A stretch of DNA of 33,718 nucleotides from a virus (Duplodnaviria > Caudoviricetes), in the IMG/VR virus record IMGVR_UViG_3300030372_003136, positions 1 through 33,718 of that record; one strand, given 5' to 3'. Both the position numbers and the translations under genes were made by a program. The notes beneath the pieces are model-generated. The model saw only the letters and a list, made by a program, of their open reading frames with translations. It searched no databases and was not told the DNA's origin. Position 1 is the stretch's first letter, and each line of letters opens with the position of its first letter. This document shows, in pieces, positions 33,412 to 33,718 of this stretch.

Positions 33412-33718
33412 TAGAACAATCTCCATTGCAGGGATGTGTTTGTTTTCAAGGTGAGACCTGCAATCTCCTCACCTTTCTTTAGAAGTTCTTTGGCCTTGGT
33501 CTTGTCTACCTTTGGCTCTTGCTCAATGAGGAAGCGCACGTCTACGTTGGACAAGTCCTCGTCCACATCGACCACCTGGGAGTTGCGCAGGTACACGGAG
33601 TACTCAGAGTTCTTCACCTTGAAGTCCTCGCCCAACTCCTCGGCAGCATGACGCATGTCTTGCACACGTTCGAGGACACCGGCACGCTTGCCTTGGATGG
33701 CACGGCGCCGCTTGGCAA
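33411..33718 (-). CDS. Siphovirus Gp157-family protein, 3' part (continuation of 1..298)
   Basis: In frame across the 99-bp overlap; ends ...LTLKTNTSLQWRLF. Confidence 0.8.
   Translation of the reverse strand, partial: AKRRRAIQGKRAGVLERVQDMRHAAEELGEDFKVKNSEYSVYLRNSQVVDVDEDLSNVDVRFLIEQEPKVDKTKAKELLKKGEEIAGLTLKTNTSLQWRLF
33620..33718. repeat. Terminal direct repeat, right copy
   Basis: Identical to 1-99. Confidence 0.95.

Noticed and set aside
33620-33718. 99-bp repeat as a biological direct terminal repeat
   Set aside because: It lies mid-gene and its length equals a common assembler k-mer, so it is best read as circularisation overlap.
1-33718. tRNA genes, diversity-generating retroelement, introns/inteins, stop-codon reassignment
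   Set aside because: I saw no cloverleaf, reverse transcriptase or template/variable repeat pair. TerL, DnaB and portal have normal lengths, and genes tile the genome under code 11. This was by eye; tRNAscan and a self dot-plot were not run.

Overview
The window is a complete, circularly assembled tailed-phage genome of about 33,619 bp. Bases 1-99 are repeated exactly at 33620-33718, and a Gp157-family gene reads through that junction. Architecture: (i) a leftward recombination/modification operon (Rad52/ERF-like annealase, Gp157, SSB, C5-methyltransferase); (ii) a rightward lambdoid-type replication operon (Cro-like HTH, RusA, initiator with internal palindromic iterons, DnaB-like helicase); (iii) a short leftward early operon led by a Gp88-family Cys-motif protein; (iv) a roughly 500-bp control region with promoters, G/C-tract repeats and a 28-bp XerC/XerD dif-like site; (v) a long rightward podovirus-type morphogenesis operon (terS, terL, portal, scaffold, major capsid, cement, adaptor, nozzle, three paralogous tail appendage proteins, three ejection proteins, spike/fibre module) ending in a lysis cassette with a YkuD-like Cys/His lysin. 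I recognise no integrase, CI-type repressor with peptidase domain, ParA, DNA polymerase, primase, tRNA or CRISPR array. The most striking signals are three. First, a fully dual-coded C5-methyltransferase locus: two 238-aa ORFs offset by 4 nt, apparently splitting the conserved motifs between frames as in M.EcoHK31I. Second, a dif-like site in a phage with no recombinase. Third, a tandem pair of internal-loop RNA hairpins in the capsid-gene leader. Protein family calls come from motif recognition by eye, not from database searches.
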